From: an uncultured virus (IMG/VR IMGVR_UViG_2706794523_000001)
Lineage: Duplodnaviria > Heunggongvirae > Uroviricota > Caudoviricetes > Schitoviridae
Strand: one strand, 5' to 3'
Virus record (IMG/VR): IMGVR_UViG_2706794523_000001
Span: 1-64,000 of that record
Length of the DNA: 64,000 nucleotides
A program made the position numbers and the translations under genes. Position 1 is the stretch's first letter; each line of letters begins with the position of its first letter. This document shows positions 39,479 through 50,152 of the stretch, piece by piece. A model generated the notes under the pieces. That model was not told the origin of the DNA, ran no database searches, and saw only the letters and a program-made list of their open reading frames with translations.

Positions 39479-40201
39479 TTATTCCAATCCACCGGCGGCA
39501 GCCTGGGAAGCAGCGAGGCGAGCAAGCTCGACCTCGGTCAGCGGCGGCAGGATCTCCAGAGCGAACTCACGGACCCAGCTGGTCTCGACGACTTCGCGGC
39601 CGTTGTTGCCCTTGCGGATCTTGATGCTCAGGAACTCGCGATCGCGCAGCTGCTTGTAGATGCAGAACGGCACATGGTAGCCGTTGTCGGTCACCTCGCC
39701 GTAAGGCACGTACTTGCGGACGCCGCCGAGGACCTCGTTGGCGAAGGTGAAGATCTCACCCGGAAGGGAAGCCTTCTTCGGATCCAGGTTGGTGATGCGC
39801 AGGCGGATCAGCTTCATCTCGCGCTCGTGCATGAATTCACGCAGCGTCTGGACCTTCTTCGGGGCGATCTTCGGGCCGGTTGCTGCCGAGGCGGTGGCAG
39901 CGTCCTGTTCGGCGGCCGGTGCTTCGTCCTGGCTCTCGTCTGCGGAAGCAGCTTCTTCCTCGCCGGCGAGCTTGGCTTCGATCTTGGCCTTCAGCGCAGC
40001 GACAGAGATGTTGTTCGAGTGCTTGATGCCCATCAGGGCAGCACGCTGCTTGAGGACGTCCAGATGGCTCGGCTGAGCCACAGCAGGCTCTTCGGTTTCG
40101 GGTGCCGGCGCAGCAGCGGGAGCTTCAGCTACAGGAGCCGCAGCCACTGTCTTGGCGATGCCGGCGAAAAGATTGTCGGTGGACTTAACTTCCGTGGTCA
40201 T
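39479..40201 (-). CDS. N4 gp55-like protein
   Basis: LKQRAALMGIKHSNNI, RLRITNLDP, LPPLTEVEL. Confidence 0.82.
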   Translation of the reverse strand: MTTEVKSTDNLFAGIAKTVAAAPVAEAPAAAPAPETEEPAVAQPSHLDVLKQRAALMGIKHSNNISVAALKAKIEAKLAGEEEAASADESQDEAPAAEQDAATASAATGPKIAPKKVQTLREFMHEREMKLIRLRITNLDPKKASLPGEIFTFANEVLGGVRKYVPYGEVTDNGYHVPFCIYKQLRDREFLSIKIRKGNNGREVVETSWVREFALEILPPLTEVELARLAASQAAAGGLE

Positions 40202-40241
40202 TATGGGATTTCCTTGAAAATCGTTGGGTTGGTCTGCTTAC

Positions 40242-40271
40242 AAAATGGGGGAGGGTTTGATCCCTCCCCCC
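40242..40271 (-). terminator. terminator after the major capsid gene
   Basis: GGGGGAGGG/CCCTCCCCC stem with TTTT on the minus strand. Confidence 0.7.
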
Positions 40272-40299
40272 GTTGGTTCGCTGAGATAAGCGGCCCCGA

Positions 40300-41529
40300 T
40301 TAGATCGGAGCAACCGTCTTCACGAGAGCGATGCGCTCGGGACGCTTGACCAGGATACCGTAGTACCACTTGATCGAGCTGAAGCCGGTCTCACCGTAGG
40401 GATCGTTGCGATCCGCGGTTTCCTTGCCAGGCATCTTGGTCATGACGTTGAACTTCACCGTCTTGCCGTCGGTCTGGAAACCGATCGTCGAGAAGGAGTC
40501 GTCGCCGATCACGAGCATCGGGTAGATGTCGTACCGGTCCTGGCCGCCAACGGTCGTGTGGCGGTAGCCCGGGTTGGAGCCGACAACGGCGCCGAGGCCC
40601 GACCAATGCAGCATTTCCGGAACCTGGACGATGCGGAAGGCATCGACGGTGCCGATTTCGCCGTTCAGGATCGTGCCGGCATCGCCGTAGTGCTGGACCG
40701 CGATGAAGGCCTTCTCGTTGAACTGGTCCTTCATGCCCTTGACCACCGGAACGAGTTCCGAGCCGATGAACATGACGCGAGCCGACGGCAGGGTCTTGGT
40801 GTCGACCAGGCGCGAGCCCGTGATCACCTTGGTCTGCTTGGGCGTGCGGTTGTCCGTCAGCAGCTGGTCAAGGCGCGTCAGGTTGGCGTAGCTCACGATC
40901 GAAGCCGGGATGACCGGAGGACCCGTCACGACTTCAGCGGTGATCTCCGAGTTCGTGGTGGCAGCACCGGCGAACAGGATGACACCGGCCGAGGCCAGCA
41001 GATCCTTCTGGAGGACGGCTTCGGTCAGCTGCACGGCGCCGTTCATCAGCTCGGTCGACAGGTGATCCATCAGGCCATCGTCGGAGTCGAAGTCGATCGA
41101 CTCGTTCGTGAATTCGGTGAAGAAACCGAACTTGGCGATGGAACCTTCACGGGTGAGACGGGTGAAGCCAACGCGGTTGACGCGGCCACCATTCTCGGTG
41201 AGGACCGGCAGCTTCGAGGTGATCGAGCCGATGTCCTTGGACGAACCATAGAGGTTGCCGTTGGCAATCGTGGCGCCCGAGGCATCGATGCCCTGGTCGT
41301 TGACGTTGCGGTCGTCGAGCAGCGGAACGTACTCGTAGACCTTGATGGTCTTGCCGAAGTTCTTCGGCATGTTGACCGTCGACGCGAGAGGCATGAAATA
41401 CTGTTCCTTGCGGGCAGTAATCAGCGCCTTCTTGAGCCAGAAGAAGGTCTGCATCTGCTGCGAGGAGTTGGCGTCGACGCCGGAGCGAGTACCTCCAGCG
41501 GTCAGGGTGGGAGCGTTATAATTCAACAT
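40300..41529 (-). CDS. major capsid protein (N4 gp56-like)
   Basis: [46 protein letters not shown]. Confidence 0.95.
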   Translation of the reverse strand: MLNYNAPTLTAGGTRSGVDANSSQQMQTFFWLKKALITARKEQYFMPLASTVNMPKNFGKTIKVYEYVPLLDDRNVNDQGIDASGATIANGNLYGSSKDIGSITSKLPVLTENGGRVNRVGFTRLTREGSIAKFGFFTEFTNESIDFDSDDGLMDHLSTELMNGAVQLTEAVLQKDLLASAGVILFAGAATTNSEITAEVVTGPPVIPASIVSYANLTRLDQLLTDNRTPKQTKVITGSRLVDTKTLPSARVMFIGSELVPVVKGMKDQFNEKAFIAVQHYGDAGTILNGEIGTVDAFRIVQVPEMLHWSGLGAVVGSNPGYRHTTVGGQDRYDIYPMLVIGDDSFSTIGFQTDGKTVKFNVMTKMPGKETADRNDPYGETGFSSIKWYYGILVKRPERIALVKTVAPI

Positions 41530-41570
41530 TTCAAAAAGTTCCCTGGCCGGTCCGATATGCTTTCAAAAGA

Positions 41571-42881
41571 TCAGAGGCGGCCGTTAAATTGCTTCAGGAA
41601 TTCGTCATCCGCCATTTCGAGCGGGTTGACAGTGCTCTTGGCCTTGCGCTGTGTCTCGGTCTTGGTCGGAGACGCGGCGGCAGCCTTGTCACCGTTCGCA
41701 ACAGGGGCCTTCACGTTCGCAGGACGGACGGCGATCACTTGTGGCTGCTGGGTATCCCCAGGCTGTTTCTGGATCTGCTCTGCCTGTCCGGCGGGAAGCT
41801 TGAAGCCGTTGGTGGCTTGCAAGTGATCCCCGGCGAGCTTGTAGGCTTTGAGGAACGGCGTGGAATTCGGGATTGCACCAAGGAGCTTCTGTCGGTCGAT
41901 CTCGGCAGCGATCTGGTCGTACACACCATTGTCGCGCTGGGATTGGATAACCGCGAGAAGAGCCGGTTCAGCCCAGAGAGCGCTCTTGCTCTCCTGGTCC
42001 CACTTCTGGTTGATCTCCTGGAGCGTTTCCTGGCCGCCCTCGTGACTTTGGATGTCCGAGAGTGCGTCCTTGAAAGCCATCTCCTGATCACTGACAGAGT
42101 GGTTTTTCGGAATATAAGATACATTATCAGCGATATTCAAATCAAGGGGGTCAATACCCGAATCCTTGATTATCTTTTTAATCGCTTCCGGATTTTTGTC
42201 ATTAATGTCGATGAGGAATGACAGCTTGCCCTCGTCGAGCAGGCCATTCTTCTCCAACATCCGCATCGCCTTGAGGTGCGGCTGCAGGTCCTGGATCTTC
42301 CGGCCGTAGCCGGCGCCCATCTGCATGAGGCGGATTGCCTCCTCGGGAGTCTTCAGCTCGATCGTGCGGCCGTTCGCCTTGAACGGCGTCATGACCTGCT
42401 TGAAAAACGCCTGGTAGTCGACCGGCTTGGCCGCTTTCTCTGCGGCAGCAGCAGCGGCTTTCTCGGCATCGGTCTGCGGCTTTTTTTCCTTCTCGGCTTC
42501 GGCCGCCACTCGTGCGGCTTCGGCTTCGGCGGCGATCTGCTCAGGGGTCTTGCCCTCGTTCGCCTTGGCCTTGGCCTCTTCATCGGCCTTCAGCTTTTCA
42601 GCGGCAGCGATGGTTTCCGCATCGTCGTCGCCGTCTGCATTTTCCTTGCCGGCGTCGTCATCGTCGCCCTTGGCAAGCTCTTCATTCTTCTGGGTTTCAG
42701 CGGCTGCAGCAGCTACTGCGGCGGCTTCCTTTTCCGCATCGGTCTGGGCAGCCTCGGAACCAGGGGTTGCCCCCTGGTCCGCTGCCTCGGCCTGTTCGCC
42801 AGCTTCAACTACTGGCATCGGAGCTTTCAGGAAGTCCTCATCGGACATCCCGAGATAATCCTTCTGGGCCTCGGTGGTCAT
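41571..42881 (-). CDS. N4 gp57-like protein (annotated tape measure/scaffold)
   Basis: MSDEDFL N-terminus, PFKANGR...LMQMGAGY, C-terminal NPLEMADDEF. Confidence 0.85.
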   Translation of the reverse strand: MTTEAQKDYLGMSDEDFLKAPMPVVEAGEQAEAADQGATPGSEAAQTDAEKEAAAVAAAAAETQKNEELAKGDDDDAGKENADGDDDAETIAAAEKLKADEEAKAKANEGKTPEQIAAEAEAARVAAEAEKEKKPQTDAEKAAAAAAEKAAKPVDYQAFFKQVMTPFKANGRTIELKTPEEAIRLMQMGAGYGRKIQDLQPHLKAMRMLEKNGLLDEGKLSFLIDINDKNPEAIKKIIKDSGIDPLDLNIADNVSYIPKNHSVSDQEMAFKDALSDIQSHEGGQETLQEINQKWDQESKSALWAEPALLAVIQSQRDNGVYDQIAAEIDRQKLLGAIPNSTPFLKAYKLAGDHLQATNGFKLPAGQAEQIQKQPGDTQQPQVIAVRPANVKAPVANGDKAAAASPTKTETQRKAKSTVNPLEMADDEFLKQFNGRL

Positions 42882-42884
42882 CGA

Positions 42885-43229
42885 TTAGCCCTCGTCGTCT
42901 TCGGTCGACTCCGAGCGGAGTTCGGCCAGGGCTTCGTCCATGTCCTTGATGTCTTTTTCGGCCTGGTTGCCCATGGCGATGACAGCATTGACCCAGCGCT
43001 TGAAGTGGCCGGCGGACTGGGCTGACGCCAGAGCATCGGCACGATCGTCCTTGCTGAGGCTCGGATCGGTCGAGAGGTGCGTGTAGCGGGCGCACTCCTC
43101 TTTCAGGAAGCCCTCGGTGATGAGCGCCCGGAAATCGGCGTTGTTGGTGAGGCGAACCAGACGGTCGCGCTGAACTTGGACAGCCTTGGCAAGCAGCTTC
43201 TGCTCTTCAAGGGCTTGGATATCCGACAT
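42885..43229 (-). CDS. N4 gp58-like protein
   Basis: RLTNNADFRALITEGF; synteny. Confidence 0.8.
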   Translation of the reverse strand: MSDIQALEEQKLLAKAVQVQRDRLVRLTNNADFRALITEGFLKEECARYTHLSTDPSLSKDDRADALASAQSAGHFKRWVNAVIAMGNQAEKDIKDMDEALAELRSESTEDDEG

Positions 43230-43280
43230 AATCAGTTCCTATTTTTGTGGGGTTGGAGTTAACATTTATATGTTTATCGG

Positions 43281-43313
43281 AAAAAATAATGCGGGGTCAA
43301 GGCCCCGCATTAT
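43281..43313 (-). terminator. hairpin after the portal gene
   Basis: ATAATGCGGGG...CCCCGCATTAT with a T-run on the minus strand. Confidence 0.6.
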
Positions 43314-43350
43314 GAAAATACTGTCTTTCGCCGATTATCTAGCGATTATC

Positions 43351-45564
43351 TCATATAATCGGCTGATCCGGCTGAGCGCTGCGCATCGGATCGTGCATCT
43401 GCTTCGAGAGCTGGTTCCAGCCGACCGCCGCCTCGACGTCCGGTTTTGACTCTTCCGGCTTCTTCGGCTTGAGCAGCGCCTTGGTGACTTCGAGGTTCTG
43501 GTTGCCGGCAGCCTGGCCCGTCTGCTTCTCCATATCGCGAGCGTGCTTGGTGCCGGTCTCCTGCTCGACAGCGTCGATCCTGCCCTGCTCTGCCTTGACG
43601 TCCTCGGTCTGAGCCTTGGCTCGGTTGAGGTCGATCTCCGACCGCAGCTTCTCGATCTCCAGCGTTTCCTTCTGGATCTGCAGCTGGAGGAGCTGCTGCT
43701 GCATCGGGTCCGGCTGGGGCTGGAATTCCTCGATCTGCTTGGCCAGGTCGGGCATGCGCTTCAACCGGGCGATCTGGATCAGGATCAGCTTGGTGACGTT
43801 GAAGTCCATGTTGTTGCCCATGGTCTGGAGCATGAACGCCAGATCCTGAGCCTTGTTGTTGTCGATCTCGGCAGTCGAGATATCGACCATCAGGTCGAAC
43901 TCACCGGGCAGATCGTCACGGTTGATCGTCACGAAATCGTCGTTGGTGACGCGCACGACTTCCTTGTCGGAGAGGAAATCCTGGTTCATGGCGATCAGCT
44001 TGCGGCCGACTTTGACAAGGCCATTGGCCAGGCGCCGCAGGATCGACATTTCACGTTTCGCCGCGGCATCGAGAATGCCCCGGATACCGGCAGCGACATC
44101 GCCATAGGCATTGCCGGACAGGCCGCCCGAGAACGCTTTCACGCCGGTGAGCGCTTCGGCTTCCTGGTTCTGCATGGACAGCATCGCCAGGGCCGACTGT
44201 GGGATCTCCGGATATTTGTGCTGGATCATGCCCTCATCCGGCGGCATGTTCGGATTGAACTCGTAATCCTGGCCGGCTTCGTAGCGGCGGCGGTTGAGCA
44301 CATCGAGCATGCCCTTGGCGAAGCCCTGCTGGCCGTTTGCCGATCGACCCAGGAGATCGATCATGCCTCGCGAGACAGCGCCCAGGATCTTCTGGTTGTC
44401 TTCCAGGAGCTCGGCGTCCGGCTCGCCCATCAGCTGCCGCTTGATCGGCATATAGGGAGCCACCACGAAGGGGGCCTTCTTGTCCGGGAACGGGTTCTCT
44501 TCCATCCGGATGAGGACGTCGCCGATCCAGGTAGCGACGATCGGGACCATTTCGCCGGTGCCATGAACGTCGTAGAGGCCCCAATATTCGTAGGCTACGA
44601 CGCGCTTGCGCATCGGGTCCTTGAAATTGAAGTTGGTGTCGACCGACTGGTTGGCGTGGTTCGGCTCCAGGATGGCAGTGGCGCCTTCCCAGTTGACGAA
44701 CTCCAGGTTCCTGTAGCGCTTCGGCTCCTTCTTGAGCTCGGCCTGCGAGGTCTCGAACGAGATGACGACGAAGCCTGCCTTGTCGAGGTCATTGCCGCAG
44801 GTCGGGTCGGAGTAGAAATTTTCCGGGTTGATCATCTCGACCGTTGGACGGTTCTCGACGACTTTCTCGATCTTCTGCTTCTGGGTGCCGGCCGGAATGG
44901 CGACAGTTGCCTGGCCCGACTCCTCGTAGAAGTCGACAGCGGCCTTCAGTTCCGGGGGCGCCTTGTCGCCGAACTCGCGAGGATTCTGCGCCTTGGTTTC
45001 GAGAGCCTGCTGGAAGAGAGCCAGGTGCTGCTCATCAGGCATGGCGATGTGGTTGTAGACCGGCACGTCCTGATCAATCATCGTCGTGTAGCGGCACCAG
45101 CCGACACGGATGATGGCGGTGCCTTCGTCGACATTAGCCCGCACGTAATCGTCGATGAACGTGACCCGGTCCATCTTGGTGCGGAACTGCCAGTTGAGCA
45201 GCAGCTCGTTCTGGGTGGCAGCCGGCCGATCTTCAGCCGAGACCGGCTTCACGTCGAACAGCTTGTCGGAGGAGTTGAACGGCTCGGTCAGTGCCGAGTA
45301 GCGCCATTCTGCCTGGCGACGGATCAGCTTCGGCTGGACGGCAGAGCGGCCCTGGATCTTCTTCGGCTTCGATTTGCCGGTCACGTTGTGCAGTTCACGC
45401 CACCGCTGGACGTTCAGAACGTGTGTGTCATGCGCCGGCCTGGAGGCTTCGAGATCTCCCTGCAGCGTCTTGACGTCGGGCTCGTTCTCCCAGGTGGTCA
45501 GCTTGGGCGCCAAGCCCTGTGCCGTCGGCGGCGTCTGTGCAAGGGTCTCTTCGTCAGTGGCCAT
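43351..45564 (-). CDS. portal protein (N4 gp59-like)
   Basis: VQPKLIRRQAEWRY, AYEYWG, ENPFPD, EALTGVKAFSGG. Confidence 0.93.
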   Translation of the reverse strand: MATDEETLAQTPPTAQGLAPKLTTWENEPDVKTLQGDLEASRPAHDTHVLNVQRWRELHNVTGKSKPKKIQGRSAVQPKLIRRQAEWRYSALTEPFNSSDKLFDVKPVSAEDRPAATQNELLLNWQFRTKMDRVTFIDDYVRANVDEGTAIIRVGWCRYTTMIDQDVPVYNHIAMPDEQHLALFQQALETKAQNPREFGDKAPPELKAAVDFYEESGQATVAIPAGTQKQKIEKVVENRPTVEMINPENFYSDPTCGNDLDKAGFVVISFETSQAELKKEPKRYRNLEFVNWEGATAILEPNHANQSVDTNFNFKDPMRKRVVAYEYWGLYDVHGTGEMVPIVATWIGDVLIRMEENPFPDKKAPFVVAPYMPIKRQLMGEPDAELLEDNQKILGAVSRGMIDLLGRSANGQQGFAKGMLDVLNRRRYEAGQDYEFNPNMPPDEGMIQHKYPEIPQSALAMLSMQNQEAEALTGVKAFSGGLSGNAYGDVAAGIRGILDAAAKREMSILRRLANGLVKVGRKLIAMNQDFLSDKEVVRVTNDDFVTINRDDLPGEFDLMVDISTAEIDNNKAQDLAFMLQTMGNNMDFNVTKLILIQIARLKRMPDLAKQIEEFQPQPDPMQQQLLQLQIQKETLEIEKLRSEIDLNRAKAQTEDVKAEQGRIDAVEQETGTKHARDMEKQTGQAAGNQNLEVTKALLKPKKPEESKPDVEAAVGWNQLSKQMHDPMRSAQPDQPII

Positions 45565-45700
45565 CTTAAAAATCCATGCGGTATTAATTAAAAATATGGG
45601 TGATTATCTTTGGGCTATTTTCGCCGAAATGTCACGTCTGATTTTCTTTCGTCGTAACGCTGCAAGCGCCAGAGGACGAAAATCGCCAGCAGCCGCTCGA

Positions 45701-46939
45701 TCAGAACCATTCGGTGAACCTGGCCCGCTGGCCGATCGTCGGGTGGTAGATGAAGCACTCGACGGCCTGTCGGTTGACGTAGCCGTTGCGATCATGCCAA
45801 CCGTCCGGAGGTGACGGGGAGCGCACATATTCGATGTTGACGTCGTGCCCCTCCGGCATCACATGCCCCCGGATATGGGCGGTCATACCGTTGTGATCCT
45901 TCTCACGAAGGAACTCGAATTCACCCCTGGTCTTGCGGATCTTGTGGTGCAGATGGTGCAGGAGCCAGTAGAGGTTGAGGCACTCGGAAATGTGCTCCCG
46001 TGCTTCCTTGACCATCAGCCCGTAGAGCTTCTCTTCCTTGGCGCCGTCAGCGTGTGTGACACCAAAGAGGTTGCGCTCGAAGCGGTAGTATTTGCGATGC
46101 CGCTCGGAGATATTGTAGTCGGTGGCCCGGACCCTGGTGTTGGTGCGCAGCCGGCCGGCAACAGCCTGAGTAAGTGCCCAGCCCATCAGCCAGTCATGGT
46201 TCGACATGCAGTGGATCAGATCGACATCAGCCACGCCGGAAGCCTCGGTGATGGCGGTATCGAGAGCCGCCCCGGCATCCTTGAAGCCTTGGAAAATGGT
46301 GCCGTCACTGTCCTGGTACGTGCCGCTTGTGGTACTTGTCCGGGGTCCGTCGACGTGCAGGATGTCATTGCCCATGACCCAGAGGATCCGGCCTATGCCC
46401 CATGGCTTTGCCATGCGCAGCAAAGACCTCGTGCCCTCGATGACTCGATGCCTGGCAACCTCCCGGTTGTAGACGTGGCCGGTCTCGGACTGGACGCACA
46501 GCTTGAGGAAGTGGACGTCGGCGAGGTCGATCACCAGCAGATGCTCACCGGTGGGCGTTTCCCGCGGCGGCAGGTGGATCAGGCTGGAAGGCGTCTCGGA
46601 GACGGTCTCCCGAACCAGGTCCTCGATACGCACATCCCGGCCGCTCTTCGGGTTCTTCACGAACAGGGAATAGCCGTTACCCTGCTCATCCTTGGTGATC
46701 TTCCAGAAGTGGGAGAGGTTGTTGGGATCAGCGATCCCGCCGGCGAGAGCGGCTTCGAGGATCTCGGGATGGTGGAAGTCGAGGGGCTTGTTCAGCGCTC
46801 GGCCGACGGTCTCTTTCGAGCACCCCATCAACCTGCCGATCTCGGACAGGTTGGGGGAGCCGTCTCTCTTGCGGATCGTCTGGGCGAGCTCCCGGATGCG
46901 GGCGTAATCGTCCGCGGACTTCGAGTTGATCTGGGCCAT
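45701..46939 (-). CDS. HTH plus calcineurin-like metallophosphoesterase
   Basis: NLSEIGRLMGCSKETVGRAL; DxH (ADVH), GND, SNHD, THAD, HLHH. Confidence 0.8.
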   Translation of the reverse strand: MAQINSKSADDYARIRELAQTIRKRDGSPNLSEIGRLMGCSKETVGRALNKPLDFHHPEILEAALAGGIADPNNLSHFWKITKDEQGNGYSLFVKNPKSGRDVRIEDLVRETVSETPSSLIHLPPRETPTGEHLLVIDLADVHFLKLCVQSETGHVYNREVARHRVIEGTRSLLRMAKPWGIGRILWVMGNDILHVDGPRTSTTSGTYQDSDGTIFQGFKDAGAALDTAITEASGVADVDLIHCMSNHDWLMGWALTQAVAGRLRTNTRVRATDYNISERHRKYYRFERNLFGVTHADGAKEEKLYGLMVKEAREHISECLNLYWLLHHLHHKIRKTRGEFEFLREKDHNGMTAHIRGHVMPEGHDVNIEYVRSPSPPDGWHDRNGYVNRQAVECFIYHPTIGQRARFTEWF

Positions 46940-46940
46940 G

Positions 46941-47174
46941 TTAGTGGCCCCGGATGATGTAGAGGACTGCGCCCAGGAACCCTGCCGTCAGGAGACCGAC
47001 GGCAGTGAGGACGGACTGGCGCTTGATCGTGTCCGAGCTGGTGCGCCAGCCCCGCAAATACGCCATGTCTTTTTGAAATTCGAATGGTTCGTCGAGGTTC
47101 ACGCCGATCTCGGTAAGGGTCTGCTTTACCGACTCAGCGACGATGCGCTTGATGTCCGCTTCGGTCATATCCAA
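46941..47174 (-). CDS. small protein with a C-terminal TM helix
   Basis: 77 aa; SVLTAVGLLTAGFLGAVLYII. Confidence 0.7.
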   Translation of the reverse strand: MDMTEADIKRIVAESVKQTLTEIGVNLDEPFEFQKDMAYLRGWRTSSDTIKRQSVLTAVGLLTAGFLGAVLYIIRGH

Positions 47175-47268
47175 TTTCCCAAATATTTTAAAACAAAATG
47201 TTTTCGTGATTATCTTTGCAGAGGCAGCGGAAATTGGAAAGCGCCTCTGTAGATTTTCTAGTAAATAT

Positions 47269-47610
47269 TTATTTCGATTTCAAGGCCGGAGGGGCCGCAT
47301 TCGCATTGATCGACAAAAGTGCCGCATATTTCTCGTAATACTCGGCGCAATAGATCAGCTTGACATTGCCCTTCTTGACCTGCCGGCGTTCCCTGCGCAG
47401 CAGGATCCGGGTGTCGTCGACGGTGTTCAGCTGGGCGTGCTCGATCAGCTCCTTGCACCACTGCGGCCAGGGAGCCAGGTGAACGCCAGCCTGGGACTTG
47501 CCGATGTCCGAACCGGCCTTCTCGAGAATTCGTTTATTCGTCCCGCATGCCGTCAATGTCAGCGTCATTGAGAGTGCAGCCGCGACCAGCATCCTTGAGA
47601 GCTTGGGCAT
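47269..47610 (-). CDS. o-spanin (Rz1-like lipoprotein)
   Basis: Lipobox LTAC; overlaps the i-spanin; downstream of the endolysin. Confidence 0.75.
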   Translation of the reverse strand: MPKLSRMLVAAALSMTLTLTACGTNKRILEKAGSDIGKSQAGVHLAPWPQWCKELIEHAQLNTVDDTRILLRRERRQVKKGNVKLIYCAEYYEKYAALLSINANAAPPALKSK

Positions 47611-47920
47611 AGGTGATGTCTTTCTTTTCGTTGATGTTGTCGTCGGCAACCTGCTTTCGGTTCAGGGCCTCGATCTGATGGGTGAGCCAGTCAGCAGCCT
47701 TGTCGGCAGCATCTTTCTGGCGTTCCAGCTCGTAGATCCGCGCATTGGCCGCGGCGAGCTCGGTGACATGGGTGTAGCCGTCGACGGCCTTGTCGACCGC
47801 CAGGCGAACGGACGAGCTCTTGTCGAGCTGCCACCAGGCCAGCAGGATGAGGATCGCCAGGACCGGCACCGGAATGCAGATCTTGAGGACCCTCCAGAGG
47901 ATGGCGAGAGCGGTTTCCAT
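47534..47920 (-). CDS. i-spanin (Rz-like)
   Basis: N-terminal TM (METALAILW...) then coiled coil; TAATG overlap with the endolysin. Confidence 0.75.
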   Translation of the reverse strand: METALAILWRVLKICIPVPVLAILILLAWWQLDKSSSVRLAVDKAVDGYTHVTELAAANARIYELERQKDAADKAADWLTHQIEALNRKQVADDNINEKKDITYAQALKDAGRGCTLNDADIDGMRDE

Positions 47921-48543
47921 TACAGGCCACTCACGCAGAGCTCGGCCTCGCCGATACGCTGAGCGTCCCCATTCTCCCGGCGATGAACCAGACCATCCAG
48001 TCGGGCACCCCCCACCATGTTGTAGGCCGTCAGAGCCAGGCAAGCGGTATGGTATTGGTGCTTCGAAACGAAGCCGGCACCACTGGAGCGCATCACCTTG
48101 ACGACGCCGTAGTTGTAGCCGCCGGAGATCATCGACGCCTGCACGGAATCGGGAGCCAGACCGAAGTCCCTCACCCCGTCGACGAGTGGCAGGTAATAGT
48201 CGTGGATCACCCGCTTGATGAGCATCCGCTCGCACTGGTCGGGCGTGAACGTCATGCCAGACTTGATGTTGAGCGTCTCGCCGTAACAGACCGTCCACAC
48301 CGGCTTCTTGGGAAGCGTGTCGAGGTAGGCCTTGGTTCGCAGCCCTTCCCAGGACTTGATGACCTTGACCGCCATGACGACGGCCGGCGGGACCTGGCCC
48401 TTGTCGATCGCCTTGTGAATGGCGACCGGGGTGACTGGCCTATCGCCAGACGTACTTGCCCAGCCACTGGCGAATGCGGCGACCAAGGCTGCGGCGATTG
48501 CGGCCTTTGCGCGGCTGGTGATCTTGATCTTTCCGATCGGCAT
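47920..48543 (-). CDS. GH24 endolysin, probably SAR-type
   Basis: WEGLRTKAYLD...WTVCYGET, GLVHRR; Ala-rich weak N-terminal TM. Confidence 0.9.
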   Translation of the reverse strand: MPIGKIKITSRAKAAIAAALVAAFASGWASTSGDRPVTPVAIHKAIDKGQVPPAVVMAVKVIKSWEGLRTKAYLDTLPKKPVWTVCYGETLNIKSGMTFTPDQCERMLIKRVIHDYYLPLVDGVRDFGLAPDSVQASMISGGYNYGVVKVMRSSGAGFVSKHQYHTACLALTAYNMVGGARLDGLVHRRENGDAQRIGEAELCVSGL

Positions 48544-48778
48544 TTACGTTCTCCAAATGAATTTCGGGTTGGGGCATGACGCGCGCCCAAACGGCGCCGA
48601 CGAGGATGACCACGGTGACGAGGCGGAAGGCCTTGGGTGAGATCCCGAAGGAGTCCTCGTCGACGTAGGGAAGGAGCTGTTCGAGAACCTGAAAGGCGAA
48701 GCCCAGGTAGAGGAGCCTTGCGCTCCAGGCCTTGAACAGAATCCGGTGCCATCCGTCGATTAAGTTGAGACGGTTCAT
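48440..48778 (-). CDS. putative holin
   Basis: LIDGWHRILFKAWSARL pattern, two TM helices, ARVMPQ; immediately upstream of the endolysin. Confidence 0.7.
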   Translation of the reverse strand: MNRLNLIDGWHRILFKAWSARLLYLGFAFQVLEQLLPYVDEDSFGISPKAFRLVTVVILVGAVWARVMPQPEIHLENVNADRKDQDHQPRKGRNRRSLGRRIRQWLGKYVWR

Positions 48779-48800
48779 AATATTATCTCGATAATATCGG

Positions 48801-49421
48801 CTAAGCGGGAACCACTGACACCGTCCCCATTGCATTCCACCAGGCAGCGTTTGCTGCGGGGCCGGATGCGGTCATGGTGCGGTGGTTGGTCTTGTCCCAA
48901 ACGGTGAGGCCTTCGACTTTGCCGACGGTGTTCACGGCATTGCCAATGGCAGCGATCTCGACTGCCGTGTAGCTGAGCTTGGTCTCGGCGACGGCTACGA
49001 TGCCGGTTCCGATCAGCTCGACGAACTCGTCGCCGGAAGCATTGCCGGTGTCGAGGTAGAGCCCCCCGGTCTGCGGACCGAGCGATATTGGCTTGAAGGC
49101 AACTTGGATCGTGGCCGTCTCGCCGGGGAGCAATTTCTCAGGCAGGCTGGACTTGAGGAGGAAGTCCCCGCTCAGCTGGTGGAACAGGATGTTCACCTCG
49201 CCATAGCCGGCGTTGGTGAGCACAATGGCCTGGGATCCGGACTCCTGGTTCAGCCCCGTGTTGGCGAACGCCAGGGAGGCGACCGAGATCTCCAAGTCCT
49301 CCTTGTGCTTGCCGTAGGGCATGTCACGGATGCGGCGGCTCGACTGGTCTTGGTCCTGGTCGATGTAATCCTGGAGAGGGATGTAGCCATCCATTTTCGG
49401 ATCATTGGGGTCAATGGCCAT
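48801..49421 (-). CDS. virion-associated protein with an ASH/choice-of-anchor-type Ig-like domain
   Basis: LAFANT...IVLTNAG...LLPGETATIQVAFKP...TGGLYL...LIGTG. Confidence 0.65.
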   Translation of the reverse strand: MAIDPNDPKMDGYIPLQDYIDQDQDQSSRRIRDMPYGKHKEDLEISVASLAFANTGLNQESGSQAIVLTNAGYGEVNILFHQLSGDFLLKSSLPEKLLPGETATIQVAFKPISLGPQTGGLYLDTGNASGDEFVELIGTGIVAVAETKLSYTAVEIAAIGNAVNTVGKVEGLTVWDKTNHRTMTASGPAANAAWWNAMGTVSVVPA

Positions 49422-49435
49422 GGTATGAAATCCTG

Positions 49436-50152
49436 TTATCTGAACGAAGCGGCAGCACACGCGAAATTTGACGACGTTCCGCTGCCACCGGTTCGAGTCG
49501 CACTGATCACTCGGTTCAATTCGTCAGCGGTGGGGACCAATGCTGAGCCAAAGTCACGAGTGTTGACCGCACCAAGAGCAGTTTCATAGTCTTCCGTCAT
49601 ACCGACCACCGTCACAGCCGCATTAGCGCCATAGGTCGTACCGGCAAAAATACTGAACCCACCACTCTTCTCATCAATTGTGTCTGAGAAAGTCGCCGCG
49701 CTTGCGTTGGCTGCCACGGTATCAATCGGGGTCAGTGAAGAAAGATTGTAAACACTATATGATGCGATATAGACAAATGCGGTACTACCTGCGCCACCAA
49801 AATCAGTTGTAACAGTTGCTGTTGTTCCCGTTGGTACGGTTGCTGAAATAATTGCGACGTTTGGATTGTAGGTTGAACCAGAAATAGTGCTGAATTGGCA
49901 GTGAATATCAGCAGGAACACCGCCAATCGAGGCGCTTGTTAAAGTACCCAAACCCGATGACGACAGGAAATGAACTGCACAAAAGACTACTCTACCCGCC
50001 AGTGCGGGTCCAATAGGAACCCCAGCTGCATTATATAGTAGACCCGCCCCCGACCACGTACTCGTTGTGTGCCCGTGATAGGTGTACGTGACCGGGATCA
50101 GTGCGACAGCCGAGGTCGACGACAGGAGTGCTTGTTGGAGAACGGACGGCAT
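49436..50152 (-). CDS. putative tail-fibre tip/receptor-binding accessory protein
   Basis: 238 aa, Ser/Thr/Gly/Ala-rich, coupled to the tail fibre, visibly lower GC. Confidence 0.6.
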   Translation of the reverse strand: MPSVLQQALLSSTSAVALIPVTYTYHGHTTSTWSGAGLLYNAAGVPIGPALAGRVVFCAVHFLSSSGLGTLTSASIGGVPADIHCQFSTISGSTYNPNVAIISATVPTGTTATVTTDFGGAGSTAFVYIASYSVYNLSSLTPIDTVAANASAATFSDTIDEKSGGFSIFAGTTYGANAAVTVVGMTEDYETALGAVNTRDFGSALVPTADELNRVISATRTGGSGTSSNFACAAASFR

